Below, piece by piece: positions 43,124 through 64,000 of a stretch of DNA of 64,000 nt; positions within the stretch are counted from its first letter, which is position 1; each line of letters begins with the position of its first letter. This DNA is from the human T2T-CHM13v2.0 reference genome, Homo sapiens. Below the pieces are notes generated by a model. It did not search any database. It was not told where the DNA came from and saw nothing but the letters and a program-made list of their open reading frames with translations. The stretch lies in assembly GCF_009914755.1 (NCBI RefSeq), contig NC_060925.1; one strand, written 5' to 3'. Position numbers and translations under genes: made by a program.

Positions 43124-43635
43124 CCGGCACGTAGTATAGACTCAATAAGTAGAAGCTGTTATGGTTATCAAGTGCCAAAGTGCCAATGAGCAGAGAAAAA
43201 TTATTTGTATGGGTTGGAGTGGTTAAGGAGAGCTTCACAGAAGGAGTAAGAGTCACGGAGGGCTTCAAAGAAGTACTAAAATTTAGATAAGAACTAAAAA
43301 TATATAGAGTCTCTCAGGTGGAAAGAATAGCATATCAATATTTTATTTTATTTTTAAAATTATATATATATTTATTTTTATTGAAAATAGAGACAAGGGC
43401 TCACTCTGTTGCCCAGGCTGGTCTCCAACTCTTGAGCTCAAGTGATCCTGGCACCTCGGCCTCCCAAAGTGCTAGGATTACAAGTGCAAGCACTGCACCC
43501 GGCCAGCATATCAATATTTTAAAAATAGAGTTATTAACCTTGTAAAATCAGCTACTCATGAGACAGAAATCTCCTTTGGCCCAATAATGGGAATTAAAAA
43601 CTATAATCTTTTTCAAAATGGTTTAACTATTAATG

Positions 43636-44290
43636 CATATTTTAGTTACCTATTGCTTCCTAACAAATTACCCTAAAACTTAGCAGCTTAAAATAACAAA
43701 CATTTATTAATATTAGCTGGACATGGTGACGTAAATCTGTAGTCTCAGCTACTCGGGAGGCTGAGGCAGGAGGATCACTTGTGCCCAGGAGTTTGAGACC
43801 AACCTGGGCCGCATAGCAAGACTCTCTCTCTAAAAATAAATACCAAATACTTACTATCTCACAATTTCTGTGGACAGGAATTCAGGAGCAGTTTAGCTGG
43901 GTGATTCTGGCTCAGAGTCTCTTAGGAGGTTACAGTCAAGATGTCCTCCAGGGCTGCAGTCATCCAAAAGCTTGTTTGGAACTTGAAGATCCAGTTCCAA
44001 GATGGTTCACTCACACAGCTATGGCAGGGGCCTTGGTTCCTCAAGCATGGCCTCCTCCATTGGGCTGCTTAAGTGTTTTTATGACATAGCAGCCAGCTTC
44101 CTCCAGAGCAGGTAATCAGAGAGAGAGCAAGGAAGATGCCACCATGCCTTTTATGACTCAATCTCAGAGGTCACACACTGTCACTTTTACCACATTCTGT
44201 TCATCAAAAGCAAGTCACGAAATTCAGTGCACCTTCCAGGGGAGGAGGATGAAGCTCTAATTCCTGTTGAAAGGAGAACCACACCATGGC
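43636..44290 (-). mobile_element. Older MaLR LTR (MLT1F/G/H-like) containing an Alu fragment
   Basis: TTAGTTACCTATTGCTTCCTAACAAATTACCCTAAAACTTAGCAGCTTAAAATAACAAACATTT terminus. Confidence 0.65.
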
Positions 44291-44379
44291 GTATAATGAA
44301 AGCATCCATTCCTTTAGCTGTTGGTCTAGTTTCCGGCAGTGGACGTTCTTAAATCTCCATGTTATTATTATTATTTGTT

Positions 44380-45680
<1,301 letters not shown>

Positions 45681-45734
45681 CTTAATTAACTAATGAATTA
45701 ATTGTGCCCCTATCTACAAGGACTTCGGTTTTTA

Positions 45735-46193
<459 letters not shown>

Positions 46194-47979
46194 CTAGTGG
46201 CCAAAGTAGAAGCCAAAAAAAAAAAAATTAGAATATGTAGTGCTCACAGCCCATGAAAAAAAACATGGGAAAATCATTTAGCAGGCAGGTGCAACAGAAA
46301 GATGTACTGATGGTCTGTCTGTGGCATGAGAATGGAAAAGACAAGCAACATTAGAGGAAGACATTGCAGAGAGATTCACCAATTAGTTACTATGGTTACT
46401 GAGACTGTAGTATCTCCGGATATTATCTCCCAGTATCTACCGAGATTATTATGGGATCAATGATTATTATTTCTCCATCATATATGTGTGAAGTAGAAGT
46501 GGAATCTATCTTATTTTTTAGGCCAGGGTAATTTTCTTTTGTCTCAAATTGGAATAGCAGGGGATATGTTTAATTACTGTCTATGAACCATTATAGAAGT
46601 TGGCACTACTTAGAGTGGGAGGAAATAGATAGCTTGTTTATCAGTGGGCATAAAAATAAAGAAATGGCAAGATTTGTCCTGTTTCCTCCTGTGCCTGCTA
46701 AAAAGCAGAAGGATCATCTGAGGCCTTCCTGAAAATTAGGGAGAATGGCATCCTGTCTTAATTTCTTCCACCAAATTTCACTTTTGGATCCAGGCCATTT
46801 CTACTTTGGCAAAGTGTGAGGTGCTAATGTGGACTCCTGTTCCCAGTGATGTTGCGCCAGCCTGGCCCAGGGGAACTGTCAGTGCCTGGTCATGGGTGGG
46901 CGGAAGTGGGAGGGGGCAGAGGAGTGCTGTTAACACTTTCAGTACTGTATAAAGGAGCACTTCCTTTTATTCCTTGTAGCAGAAGCCACCTGAGAAAGTG
47001 AACTTAGGCAAATGGCTTGTGCTTGAGTGTTCTCCTTTAGATTCTGTTCTTTTCTCCAAATCCACTCCTGCCAGCCTCACCTCTCCTTTTCACAGTGGTC
47101 AATATCACAGTTTCCCGGAGGAAACATTGAAGGCGACTCAATGGCACTGCTTCCTCCTATTGCCATAGCTTTGGGTGTTTTCAGATTTTACTCTGCAAAG
47201 CCTCATAGGTTCTCCAGGTGGAGCCCAATGGTGAAGCCCTGGTGTGGGCTTCTTGACCTCACAGGGCTGTGGGCCTCTCCCCTCTGGCTGGCATCTGGCT
47301 GCTCTCTTCCGCCACCAAGACCCCCAAGAAGAAAAGTAGCTTCCTCTAAAACCAGGTTATTCCTGCAAAGCTTAGTCCTGGCCCTCTGTGTAACATAAAA
47401 AAGAACATCTGTCCAGTGAACAGCCAGCTTTTATGGCAGTGCCCCGTTGGCCTACTGATAAGAAACCGTGGCTGCTCAGGCGGCTGCTGCACCTGCTGCT
47501 TTTGCCGTTTCTTTCCTGCTTGTGTAGATAAAGCCCTGCGGAGCTGAGCTGGTTTCACCTTCGTCATTACAACTTTGAAGCCCTCTGGAGGCTTTAACAA
47601 CATCTTGCCAGTCTTATCCTAGAGAGGACAGCTAGTTCTCCTTGCTAGGTGGGAAGGCTGAAGCTGAACTTGGGAATTCTCATCAGGGCTGCCCATAGGA
47701 GGTCTCATCATTTCCAGCAGAGGAAAGAAACTTGAAGAAAGAATGGATTTAAGTAATTGCCTCCAGGCAGTCTTCTCTCTCTCCTCCCTCTCTTTAAAAA
47801 AAATCATGGGATCATGTAATTTTTCAGCATAAATAATGGCAATAATGGTTGGAGGACAAGGTAAGATTTCTGGAAATCTGGCAACTACGCAGGTGACTCA
47901 AAAGAAAAAATAATGACCAAGCTAATCTTTAACTCCACACCTACTCTTGCCTTTTCCCAGGCAGCTTCCTGGTTTAGAG

Positions 47980-48491
47980 CAGGGTTCCCAAACTGCAGTA
48001 GGTATCAGCATCCCCTGGAGGGCTTTCTAAAACCCAGATTGGTAGGCCTACTCCAGAGATTCTGATTCAATGGGTCAGTGAGAGAGGCCTAAGAATTCAA
48101 ATTTCTTTTTTTTTTCTTTTGAGATGGAGTCTCGCTCTGTCCCCGAGGCTAGAGTGAAGTTGCGGGATCTCGGCTCACTGCAACTTCCACCTCCTGGGTT
48201 CAAGCGATTCTCCTGCCTCAGCCTCCCCAGTAGCTAGGATTACAGGCACGTGCCACCACACCTGGCTAATTTTTGTATTTTTAGTAGAAACGGTTTCACC
48301 ACATGACCAGGCTGGCTGGTCTCCAACTCCTGGCCTTGCGATCCGCCCACCCTGGCCTCCCAAAGTGCTGGGATTACAGGTGTGAGCCACCGTGCCCAGC
48401 TCCAAGAATTCAAATTTCTAACAAGTCTCCAGGGGCTACTGCTGCTGCTGCTGCCCCCACAGGTCCTGAAACCACACTTTGGGAACCATTG
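47980..48491. mobile_element. MER5A-like hAT-Charlie DNA transposon with an Alu insertion
   Basis: Termini CAGGGTTCCCAAA and TTTGGGAACCATTG; approximate 8-bp TSD GTTTAGAG/GTTTAAGC; Alu TSD AAGAATTCAAATTTCT at 48091 and 48404. Confidence 0.8.
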
Positions 48492-48963
48492 GTTTAAGCT
48501 TTATGGAAAGTACAAGAGCTTTGAAGAAAGGCAGGCTTGGGTTTCAATCCTAAATCCGTAGCTTATATACCAGCTGTGTGACTGGGGGCATATGACTGAA
48601 TATCTCTTAACTGGTTTCTTCACTTTTAAAATGGGGGAAATCATATCTACTCCATAGAGTTCATTGATTCTACAAATCCTGCAGTGCCAGGCCCTGAGCT
48701 GGGTGGTGGGACGAGACAGTCTTTGATGTCAAGGATCTCTGGGTGGATATGAAAATTAAAGAGATAAAATGTTCAAAGTCCAAGGACCATGAGGGATGCC
48801 CAATAAACATTAATTTTATTTCCTTCAAGGAGGTAACATGATTCTGCTTTTCTTTTCTTTTTTTCTTTTTTTTGGTCTAAGAAGTAATTCTCAAATTTCA
48901 CAGCATGGAACAAAGAGCTATGCTTCTCCCCTTATCTAGATGGAAAATTTGAGGTACAGGTAC

Positions 48964-49420
48964 TGTTTTGAGTTCAATTGTGTCCTTCAAAAGTTCATAT
49001 GTACCTTAGAGTACCCGCTGTGTGCCCCAGCACCTCAGAATGAGACCTTATTTGGAAATGGGGTCTTTGCGGATGTAGTCAAGTTACAATGAGATCATTA
49101 GGTTAGGCCCTAATCCAGTATGACCAGGGTCCTTATAAAAAGGGGGAAGTTTGGACAGAGACGAATGCACAGGGAAAATGCTGTGTGAGAGTTGGAGTTA
49201 TGCTGCCACAAGCCAAGGAAATCAAGGATGGCTGGCTGTCCCCCGAAGCCAGGGCAGAAGCAGGGGCCAGATTCTCCCTTGTGGCTTCCGAAGGAACCAG
49301 CCCTGCCAACACCTTGATTTTGGGCTTCTGGCATCCAGAACTGTGCGACAACAAATTTCTATTGTTCAAAGCCACCCAGTCTGTGGCACTTTGTTACAGC
49401 AGCCCTGAAAGACGAATGCA
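48964..49420 (+). mobile_element. MaLR solo LTR (MLT1B/C-like)
   Basis: TG...CA ends; internal GACCTTATTTGGAAATGGGGTCTTTGC and CCTTATAAAA; TSD GG(T/C)AC. Confidence 0.8.
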
Positions 49421-50030
49421 GGCACCGTGAGGTAGAACATCCCTCGCGAACAGGGCACATTGAGGAGAGGTGAAGGAGGACTTCCAGTTTTTAATCCCAC
49501 ACATCTCTTCATTGTGCTTGTGATTTAAAAAAATTAATTGTAGGTATAACTACTGCTAAATACCCTGAAAATAACGAACTCCTGTGTCTCTAGATATTTA
49601 AACCTCTCAGTTAGCAACAGCCTCTGACCGTGTGTCCATCTATCAGGGAATTCTTCAAAATAGTCATGGAGTGTCTGTTTGCAGGCAAAGCACATTTAGA
49701 CGTTTAAGTCACAGACACACGTGAGTCAAATAATTTACCATCTAACTGGGACCAGGAGAACTGAACAGTAACAACATAGCAAGGCAGTTTGTGATCTTTG
49801 CCCCATATCCGTTGTGGAGGAGGGGAGCTCCCACCGGCCAGAAGGATTAGGGGCCATATCACAAAGGACGGGGAAAAGGGCACTTCAGCCAGGACTGGTG
49901 AGTTTGAGGGGTGAAGGGGACCAGGCAGGGCATTCTGTGGGGTAAGGGAGCAGGTATAATGCCCTCTTCTGATGCTTTTACTTAGAGTTTCAGTTGCAAA
50001 CCCATGTCACTCTGGAGGGGTAAGTGATAA

Positions 50031-50270
<240 letters not shown>

Positions 50271-50405
50271 TAGACTGGTCTCGAACTCCTGACCTCAAGT
50301 GATCTGCCCGCCTCGGCCGCCCAAAGTGCTGGGATTACAAATGTAAGCCACCACACCCGACCTAAATTTATTTATTTATTTATTTTATTTTATTTTATTT
50401 TTTGA

Positions 50406-50804
<399 letters not shown>

Positions 50805-51428
50805 TAGCTGTTTCTAGAATGAAGGTCAAGTTAGCTGAGGCCTAGAAAGACTACATTCCAGCTGTATGGGACAGTGAAAGGACTTTGCTGGTGCAGAAAC
50901 TTTATCAACTAGTGGGAATCTCTTCTGAAAGCACCTACTCAGGTACACCTCCACCCAACCCTGCCCCCAGAGCGTGGCCCCAGGTTACAGCTGAACCTGC
51001 TTAAGCAAGAGCCTGGCTTCTGTTTGCCCTTAAGATCGGTTGACCAGAGGAAGCCTGACATTTTAGAGATGATTCTCCACTCACACATCTCCAGTTCACC
51101 TGGTGATGGCAGAGGCTGGGTGAGAATCTCAATTGGTGACACTTGGTGATGGCTGAGGGTGCGTTTTTGTCCCAGAGAATGGCCTGTGTTTTTATTCGGT
51201 GTTTCCTTCACAAACGTGATACAGATAACCATAGCCACACCAGTCACTGGCACAGTTTTCATTTTACAGGACACAGAGGCACCTGCCCAGGTGTCTATTT
51301 GGCCTCTATGGCTCGGAGCGCTCATATATCACAGGTGTGTCCACAGCTGATAAGATCCCTTTGTGAGGCCTAGATAAAATGTCAAACACAGTATGAAAAA
51401 CTGTTTCTATCACCTCCTCCCTCCCCAC

Positions 51429-51452
51429 CAGCAGCAGCAGCAGCAGCAGCAG
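51429..51452 (+). repeat. (CAG)8 intronic microsatellite
   Basis: Read directly from the sequence. Confidence 0.95.
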
Positions 51453-52558
51453 GCTAAAACTTCCTGATTTCCTAATGTTCTCATGAAGGAACACTTTCTC
51501 CCCTGGGTCAGAGTCAAATGAGAAACCCAATGACGGTGTCAGGTCCTGCCCAGGGTGGTGAAATGCTGCTTCAGCCTTCTCCCCATAGTCCCAGCTCTGA
51601 GTGTCCTGCTAAAGGATCTTCTCCTTGGTTGCGGTGAGCCGAGATCACGCCATTGCACTCTAGCCTGGGCAACAAGAGTGAAACTCCATCTCAAAAAAAA
51701 AAAAAAAAAAGAATCTTCTCCCTAAAAGAGACGTTAAAATTTTTTTCAAAACTTAATTTAAAACAAATTTTTAAATAGGTAATTCATCCACATGGTAATC
51801 AATTTTAAAAGTATAAGGGGTACAGAATGAAGCGTAAGTATCCCTCCTACCCCTGTCCTGGCCCCCTAGTTCTCCTCCTAGGAAGTAGCCCCTGTTGCCT
51901 TGGAACTTACTACTAAAGTTACCTCGTGGCTGGGCGCGGTGGCTCATGACTGTAATCCCAGCACTTTGGGAGGCTGAGACAGGTGGATCACTTGAGCCCA
52001 GGAATTAGAGACCAGCCTGGGTAACATGGCAATACCCCGTCTCTACTAAAAATACAAAAATTAGCTAAGTGTGGTGGCAACGCCTGTAGTCCCAGCCATT
52101 TGGGGAGCTGAGTTGGGAGGATTGCTTGGGCTGTGGCTACCATGAGCCATGATCACACCACTGCACTCCAGCCTGGGTGACACAGCGAGACCTCATCTCA
52201 AAAAATAAAAATAAATAAAAATAAAATAAATAAATAAAGTTAGTTTGTATTGAACAAGCACTCCTGAGGCACACTGTAGATACTGGGGATACACAGAAGA
52301 CATTATAACAGTCTTGACCACACGCTTCTCTCTCTGGGACAACAAAACCAGAGACAGGAGAGTGCTCACTGGCCAGTGTGGTAGTCACAACATCAAAGTA
52401 TAATACATAAAGAATGAGGGGTTCCTTTAAATTAGCTTTAATTATTTGGATTGGGATTGGAGGAGTTGGATTTTGAGCCAGATATTGACATGAATTGGAG
52501 GTTAAAAGAAAAAAAGAAGCTAGGGAGCATTCAATAAATCACTTTTTAAAATTCTTGA

Positions 52559-52946
<388 letters not shown>

Positions 52947-53687
52947 TAGTATATATCATTTATTTATTTATTTATTTTAACAACTGTATTAACCAATGTG
53001 GTATATACCTTATAGGATAGTGTCTTGTAGACTACTATGTGAAAAGCACTCCCTGGGGTTATAGGATGCACAACCTGTACATCTGTACATATTGGCTCTC
53101 TATATGCCAGGATTGTCCTGACTGTATTTGTATCCCCTCACTATATATTTTTAGTTGAATTACTTTGAGGTAAAGTGGGCAGCATCACAAACCATTATGG
53201 CTAGGGTGCAGGGTTGGAATAAAGAGAGGAAAGACTGAAGAGGTAAGCAGAGGCCAAAGAGTGAAGGCCCTCGTAAACCTTACAGGAGTCTGGCCTTGCT
53301 CAGAAGGCAGCTGTGGGGCAGCCATACAACCTGACTTGCATTTTGTATAGATCACTCTGGCTATAGCCTAGAGAATGGATTGGAGGGGAGAGGGGAGCAA
53401 AGCACGGGAAACCAGTAAGGAGGCTCCTCTAGATAAGAAATAACTGTGTTTTGACTTCATCAGTAGCAATGCACATGGAGAGAGGTGGACTGACTCAAGA
53501 AGTGTTTTGGAGATAGAAAATAGATAGATCTCAGGATTGTATACAAGGGCACCGCTCCTGGCTTGAGGAGGTGCTGAATATAGCAGTTTCATTATCAGAG
53601 CAAAAGGACAATGCTGAGACTGGTATTTTATTAAGTGTCCAGAATTTATGAAATATTTTAAAGAAATAAGTGAAACTAAATACTTAA

Positions 53688-54029
<342 letters not shown>

Positions 54030-54546
54030 TGAAACATCAAGTAAAGTATACAATAATAAAAATATAAACATTACTTATTCTAATATAAATTGTTAGCAGA
54101 TAAAATTAATGAAAGTATTATTAATTAATTTTTTTTTGAGACTGTGTCTCACTCTGTTGCCCAGACTGGAATGCAGTGGCACAATCTTGGCTCACTGCAA
54201 GCTCTGCCTCTCGAGGTTCACACCATTCTCCTGCCTCAGCCTCCCGAGTAGCTGGGACTACAGGCGCCTGCCACCACGCCCGGCTAATTTTTTGTATTTT
54301 TAGTAGAGACAGGGTTTCACCGTGTTAGCCAGGATGATCTCGAATTCCTGACATCGTGATCTGCCCGCCTCAGCCTCCCAAAGTGCTGGGATTACAGGAG
54401 TGAGCCACCGCCCAGCCCAAAGTATTATTTTAAAAACCCTGAAGAGCCAGTATTGCCACTACAAAGTGGCTGATGTTACCACTCAATTAGATATGGAATG
54501 CTGCTGGGGAGAGTAGCTGAGCACTATATTTTATTTCATTTTTTAG

Positions 54547-54705
<159 letters not shown>

Positions 54706-55213
54706 TAGAGATGGGGTTTTGCCATGTTGCCCAGAATGGTCTTGAACTCCTGGGCTCAAGTGATCCTTCCGCCTTGGCCTCTCGAAGTGCTAGGATTATA
54801 GGCATGAGCCACTGTGCCCGGCCTATTTTGTTTTCTTTGACATCCAGAATACATGCTGGAGAGAACTATATTTTTAAAGTTGGGTCTGAGGTGCCTGTGG
54901 AATGCCCCCATAAGCAGTTAAGGGTAAGAATTTGGAGCTCAAGCGTAAGCTCAAAATATAATCTGGGAATCATAAGGACATAAAAGACAATTGAAACTGT
55001 GAAAATGGCTTTGTGTAAGAGAGTTGATTGAATTCTGGCACTCTGAAAAAAGAAAAAAAGAAAAATTAAAATATTAAAAAGAACAAACAAAAAAGAGTTG
55101 AACTGAGCTTTAGAAAAGACTAGGACTTTAATTGAACTAGAAGACGTATAGGTAGAAGCTGAAGAAAAGAGCAAGTCAAAGAAAGCTATGAAGTTAGGAG
55201 TAAATGGATACTG

Positions 55214-55427
55214 TCAGTGGTGTGCTGGTAAATGCTTAACAACTGGCTCTCTAGGGAGGTGAAAGGAAGCCCTGATTTATAGTGTTTGCTGAATTCCATG
55301 GTGTAAATACTCCCATCACAGTCAATCTCAAGCTATCAGTGTCACTGAGCGTGGAGCTGGGAAGAGGTGAGCACAGTCAGATCTTGTGATCTCATACAAG
55401 TGTACGCTGGTCCACAGCCGGGCACTG
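55214..55427. mobile_element. MER53-like hAT DNA transposon
   Basis: CAGTGGTGTGCTGGTAAATGCTTAACAACTGGCTCTC start and a degenerate inverted end ..CAGCCGGGCACTG. Confidence 0.6.
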
Positions 55428-55494
55428 TCCTGATGGAAAGAGGATTCTGTCAGGGGCATGTAAAGGACATACTTCAAAGGTAACGTGGACCACA

Positions 55495-56500
<1,006 letters not shown>

Positions 56501-56535
56501 GGTAAAATGAGTTTCAGCTGCCTGTAAAAGTTTGA

Positions 56536-56826
<291 letters not shown>

Positions 56827-56887
56827 TGAACTTAATCTTAAGGATTATTGGGTGCCAATATTTTTGGAAAGGGAAGGTGAATTTTCT

Positions 56888-56936
<49 letters not shown>

Positions 56937-56938
56937 GA

Positions 56939-57148
<210 letters not shown>

Positions 57149-57399
57149 TGATCTGCCCAACTTGGCCTCCCAAAGTGCTGAGATTACAGGCGTGAGCCAT
57201 CGCACCCAGACTAAAATTATATTTGAAGAAGTGACGAGAGTAGATTGAAGAGTTCTGAAGCCCGAACTTTGACTTTTTGATCTCATTCTTGAATAATTTT
57301 CTTAGAAATAGAATTCTAGGTAGGGTGCAGTGGCTCATGCCTGTAATCCCAGCACTTTGGGAGGCAGATGTGGGAAGATTACCTGAGGTCAGGAGTTCA

Positions 57400-57644
<245 letters not shown>

Positions 57645-57834
57645 TCAGTACTTTGTTTATATTTCCCATTTTCTCCTAGATATTATTGTATTGTGCAGAA
57701 GTTTGCTGTAAGTATAATTTAGTATTTTTATAGGTATTTTGTCTTTTATCTCTGCTTGCTTTAAGAATCAAACAACTTCTATAAACAAAACCAAACATAT
57801 ATTATATATCATGCATATACATAATATATACATT

Positions 57835-58215
57835 TGTTATGGCTTAAATAGGTCTCCTCAAAATTCAAGTGTTACCAATGTGATATATTAAAAGATGAGG
57901 TCTTTTTTTGTGATCTGCTTGCTGGGGAAAGGGTGGGGCCTTTAAGAGGTGATTAGGCCGAGTGGATCTCTCCCTTGTAAATGGGATTAGGTACCCTTAT
58001 AAAGGAGCATGACAGGGGCAGTAGATCCCTTTTCTTGCCCTTCTACCTTCTGCCATGTGAGGATGCAGCAAGAAGGCTCTCACTAGACACCAAATGCTTG
58101 TGCCTTGATCTTGGACTTCTTAGTCTCTAGAACGGTGAAAAAAAATGCATTTCTGTTCTTTAAAAATCACCCAGTGTTAGGTAATTAATTGTAGTAGCAC
58201 AGACAGACTAAGACA
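57835..58215 (+). mobile_element. MaLR solo LTR (MST/MLT1A-like)
   Basis: TGTTATGGCTTAAAT start and CAGACTAAGACA end; approximate TSD ACATT/ATATT. Confidence 0.72.
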
Positions 58216-58232
58216 ATATTCATTGAAATTTA

Positions 58233-58616
<384 letters not shown>

Positions 58617-59596
58617 TTACTCCATGCAGCATAGAGAGAGATGGAACTGGGACTGCAGTTGCTGGGACTACAGACATGTGCCACCATGCCTGGCTAATTT
58701 TTGTACTTTTTGTACAGACAAAAGACAGAATAGAATGAGAAATAGAATAGAAATAGAATAGAATGAGATGGTCCAACTTACATCTAGTGGGATTTCTGAA
58801 GAGAGAAAGAATAGCAAAAGCAGGAACAAAGGCAATATTCAAAGAGAATATGTCTAAGAATTTCAGAATTAATAAATGATAAGAATCTCAGGCCAGCACA
58901 GTGGCTCACATCTATAATCCCAGCACTGTGGGAAGCCGAGGCAGGTGAAACACTTGAGCTCAGGAGTTCGAGACCAGCCTGGGCAACATGGCAAATCCCC
59001 ATTTCTACTAAAAATACACACACAAAAAAATTAGCCGGGCATGGGGGCGCATGCCTATAGTCCCAGCTACTGAGGAGGCTGAGATGAAGAATCACCTGAG
59101 CCCAGGGAAGTCGAGGCTGCAGTGAGCCGAAATTGAGTCGCTGCACTCCAGACTGGGTAATCAGAGTGAGACTCTGTCTCAATTAAAAAAAAAATACAAA
59201 TCTCGATTCAAAAATTAAGAATTCCAGGCCAGGAAGAAAAAGATAAATCCATATCTAGATATATATCAGTGTGGAAGCTGTGTGGCTCTTTATGACCTAG
59301 CCTTGGGAGTCACTTAGTGTTACTTCTGCTGTACTTTGCCTATTGGTCTAAGTAGTCACAAGCCTGCCCAGATTCAAGGAGGCTGGAGGGTGTAGGAATG
59401 GAATCTACTTTTGTTTTTTCTCTTGCTTTTTCTCTTTTGAGAACCCACTTTTCTAAGAGAGAAATGTAAAAGGATTTGCAGCCACACTAGGTGAGACAGC
59501 AATTGTCAACACAAATGCAAAAGCAGGCACTGTAACCTTGTGATTGTTCTTGAGGGAAGGTAGTCATCAAGATGACCTTAGATATGTCTAAACTAA

Positions 59597-60079
<483 letters not shown>

Positions 60080-60139
60080 TAATTTTTTTAAGTAACATCA
60101 AATGATAACACAATTAAACAGTTAGTCTAAAATGATTTA

Positions 60140-60903
<764 letters not shown>

Positions 60904-60937
60904 TAGCCAGGATGGTCTCGATCTCCTGACCTCGTGA

Positions 60938-61273
<336 letters not shown>

Positions 61274-62404
61274 TAAAAAATTATCTTGGAGAATATTATT
61301 TTGAGGACTCTTGAGAACACATATGGGAACTCTCAGGGTTCTAAGGACTCCATTTGGAGAAACAGTGCTATAGGAGATTGAGTATTGTAGCTGCTCATAT
61401 CTATTTGCTCCAGTAGAGTTACAGAAGCCCTGTCTGTTGAACTGGTTCTCCAGGCTAGAATTCTGTCCTCCAGGTTCTCTCCATCACAGACAGCTAACAT
61501 ATCCAAACAAGCAATGTCCTTGGAGAGTTTTGCATAGGCCACAACCTAGATTGCCTGGTTCTGACATGTATGATTAAAAGCTCAGGTGAAAAACATTTAA
61601 TAGAACATTTTGGTCTCATTAAAAAGTGATAGAAGCACATCTTCAGAATATAACTTCATAAAGCCCTGCCTTGTAGACAGATGTGTGTGCTATATTCTTT
61701 CCTACTAGAAAGAGATTGGAATTTATAAAGGGACATTTTGTTTCTTGGTGACAAAGCCATTTCAATCCTAGGGATATTTACAACCAGTACTGAAAAACCC
61801 TCTGCACCTGAGGGACTGGCCGCAGTTACAGACTGTCATAAATGTCAGCGACCAGGGTTTCTCTTGGAGAGATTAGCTCTGGGGAGTTGCTAGGGGAGAA
61901 AAAGTGGAAAAAGGACAGGTGTTGCTCCATATGTATGAGAAGACTGGGATTAGAGAAGAGGGCGCGTCGGGCAGGCAGTAAACATGACAGGGGAAACTGA
62001 GGAGGGGCTAACTGCTGAGGATTATCACATCTAGGCCAGAAATGTCAGCGGGGCTCCTTTCTCTCAGCTGGGAGAACACGTGGGTGCTCCCTCATAAACC
62101 CTCTTCAGGCAGGGTTAGAGCAGTAGCTTTTTTTTTTTTAACCAGTTTACAAAGAGCTTGCCTAAACATAATGCCCTAATCATCCAGAGAAATCAGTGTT
62201 ACTCAGTTTTGTGGGGGAGAGCTACTGAACTATTTAATCATCTTAGCAGGGTGTTACCCTCCCTGTTTATAGACAAGGGAGATTGAATGACTGTCCCCGG
62301 TCATGCAGCATGGGGTGGCAGGATAAAAGCAGGGTCTAGACCTTTTGGCTGTAATCCCAGCACCCGCACAGCTCCCGAGCTGTTCTAGGGCCACACCCTG
62401 GCCC

Positions 62405-62760
62405 ACCATTCAGTCATTCAACAAATACTTATTGAAAGCTACTATGTCAGGTGCTGTTCTGGGTGTCTGGGCCACATCCATGGATAAAAACAAAGATCTG
62501 TGTTCTGAAGACACTTACATTTGATCTGGAATGGGGACGGGGCAGAAATAGACAATAAACACAGCAAATAGTAAAGGTATAAAGTGTGTGTTTGAAGGTG
62601 GTAAGTGCTATGGAAAAAAATTCAAAGTCATCCCAGATTTGAAGGATCAATGGATCGTTGAGAGGGGGGAGCCAATTGCTATTGTCAACAGGGAGCTCGA
62701 GGTGGAAGGGATAATATTGGCAACACTTCAGGAGGCTTTTGTGAGGGCTAAAGGGGAAGA
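62405..62760 (-). mobile_element. L2 3' end
   Basis: CATTCAGTCATTCAACAAATACTTATTGAAAGCTACTATGTCAGGTGCTG. Confidence 0.7.
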
Positions 62761-64000
62761 AGATGCAGGTACAGTGCCGGGCCCCGAGCCTGGCACATGG
62801 GTGCTTAGAGGTGCTCACTAGGGTGGCTGTTATTACTGCCACAGTCCTGTCTCCCTCACGGGACTGGTCAGTGTTTTCCAAGAACCCTCATGCCAAGGTT
62901 CAGCCTAAAATAGACAGGCAGCTTAAATTACTCACAGACTGGACAACGTGGTCAAGGTCCTGCCTGGCCCAGAGCGTGGTGATACAAACTACCCCAGGTC
63001 CGTGTGGAGGCCACTGTCTGCTTTGTGTGATATGTCCATAGCTAAGCCAGTGGGGTAGGCCCTGCCAGGGGGACCAGTTGCTGTCTCTGTGGTTTATGAT
63101 CAAAATAGAAGCTGGAAAGCCAGAGTAGAATAGAGCAATGCTGAAAGAAAGGGCAGTGTAAGGCCAGGGTTCCCCCAGACTCCTGTAGACTGGGAGCCCC
63201 TGCACCCCAGCACTGTGTTGCTAGGCGACGGTCCAGGGATTGAGGACGGCCAGCAAAGGCCGGCAGGACTGGGGTCCATTTGCTTCTTCGACTGCTGCTG
63301 GCTCTGGTGCTTGCTCTGGGGGAGAGGAGGTCTTAATTGTAGGCAGAGGAAGCAACTAATTACGTGGGATGACTAAAGTCACCCTTGACCCTATGCGTCT
63401 GCCTCGGTGTCTGCAGTTTTACCTTTAGCAACTCGTTCAAGTCAAGACTCTGGCATCCTAACATTTTTGGTGTGTGAAATTTTTGGTTCAAACAAAATTT
63501 TAACTTAGAAGCATGAACAAGAAAAAGATATTTTAAAATATTGCTCCATTAATGGGGGACTCTCTACTTCCCCCTTTGAAGGGGCTGGCTTTCTTCTAAA
63601 ACCCTAGACTCTGGAGCATAATTTGAAAATCAGTGGGTTAAAGTATTGCAGCCACCCTGTTAAAAAGTAAACAGCCTTGGTTTGATAAAATATTAAGCTA
63701 TTTTAAAATTACTGATACATGATGGCAGGTGGCAATGTTTTCCTGTGTAGGGAGGAGGAGGGGGATAATAGACTCCTTAGAGGATCTGAAGTCATACAAT
63801 GGACCCACTGCCCAGAAAAATGCACATATCTGAAATTCTGCATCTGGCCGTATATGGGCAATGATCCATGGGCCATAGGTTAAGGACCCCTGTCTTGTGG
63901 GATATTTGTTTATGTGATTTACTTTCAAATGGGGTAAATATTTAAGGCTTGGAGCACAGAAGAATGAGTTTTGAAAAGGGGAGGAAGGAGAAGAAGAGCT

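Noticed and set aside
51429-51452. (CAG)8 as a polyQ exon or expansion locus
   Set aside because: Short, intronic and without supporting splice sites.

Overview
Human (primate) genomic DNA, very Alu-rich, recognised from its proteins and RNA as the chr1p13.3 cluster TMEM167B - SCARNA2 - CFAP276 (C1orf194) - ELAPOR1 (KIAA1324/inceptor). TMEM167B (+) has 3 coding exons (74 aa) and a long 3' UTR. SCARNA2 (+, ~13059-13478) is a stand-alone Pol II C/D scaRNA whose U2 G25 and C61 guides can be read directly. A 5'-truncated processed PCBP1 pseudogene (-, ~15650-17632) is interrupted by three Alus. CFAP276 (-) has 5 coding exons (169 aa) plus a probable alternative first exon (157 aa form) and lies head-to-head with ELAPOR1 (+) in a CpG island. 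Only ELAPOR1 coding exon 1 is present; everything after 27197 is its intron 1, filled with Alu, L1, L2, MIR, MaLR LTRs and MER DNA transposons. Almost all long ORFs in the track are Alu-derived artefacts. I found no new gene system. The best leads are regulatory or structural: a 14-bp element that is both an RFX X-box-like site and the Kozak start of an ELAPOR1 uORF, followed by a splice donor and a five-fold NAG acceptor; a ~150-bp non-Alu inverted duplication in ELAPOR1 intron 1; a GTGAGT array inside SCARNA2; and a convergent CTCF motif pair. Gene and repeat names come from recalled sequences, not from searches. Repeat boundaries are approximate.
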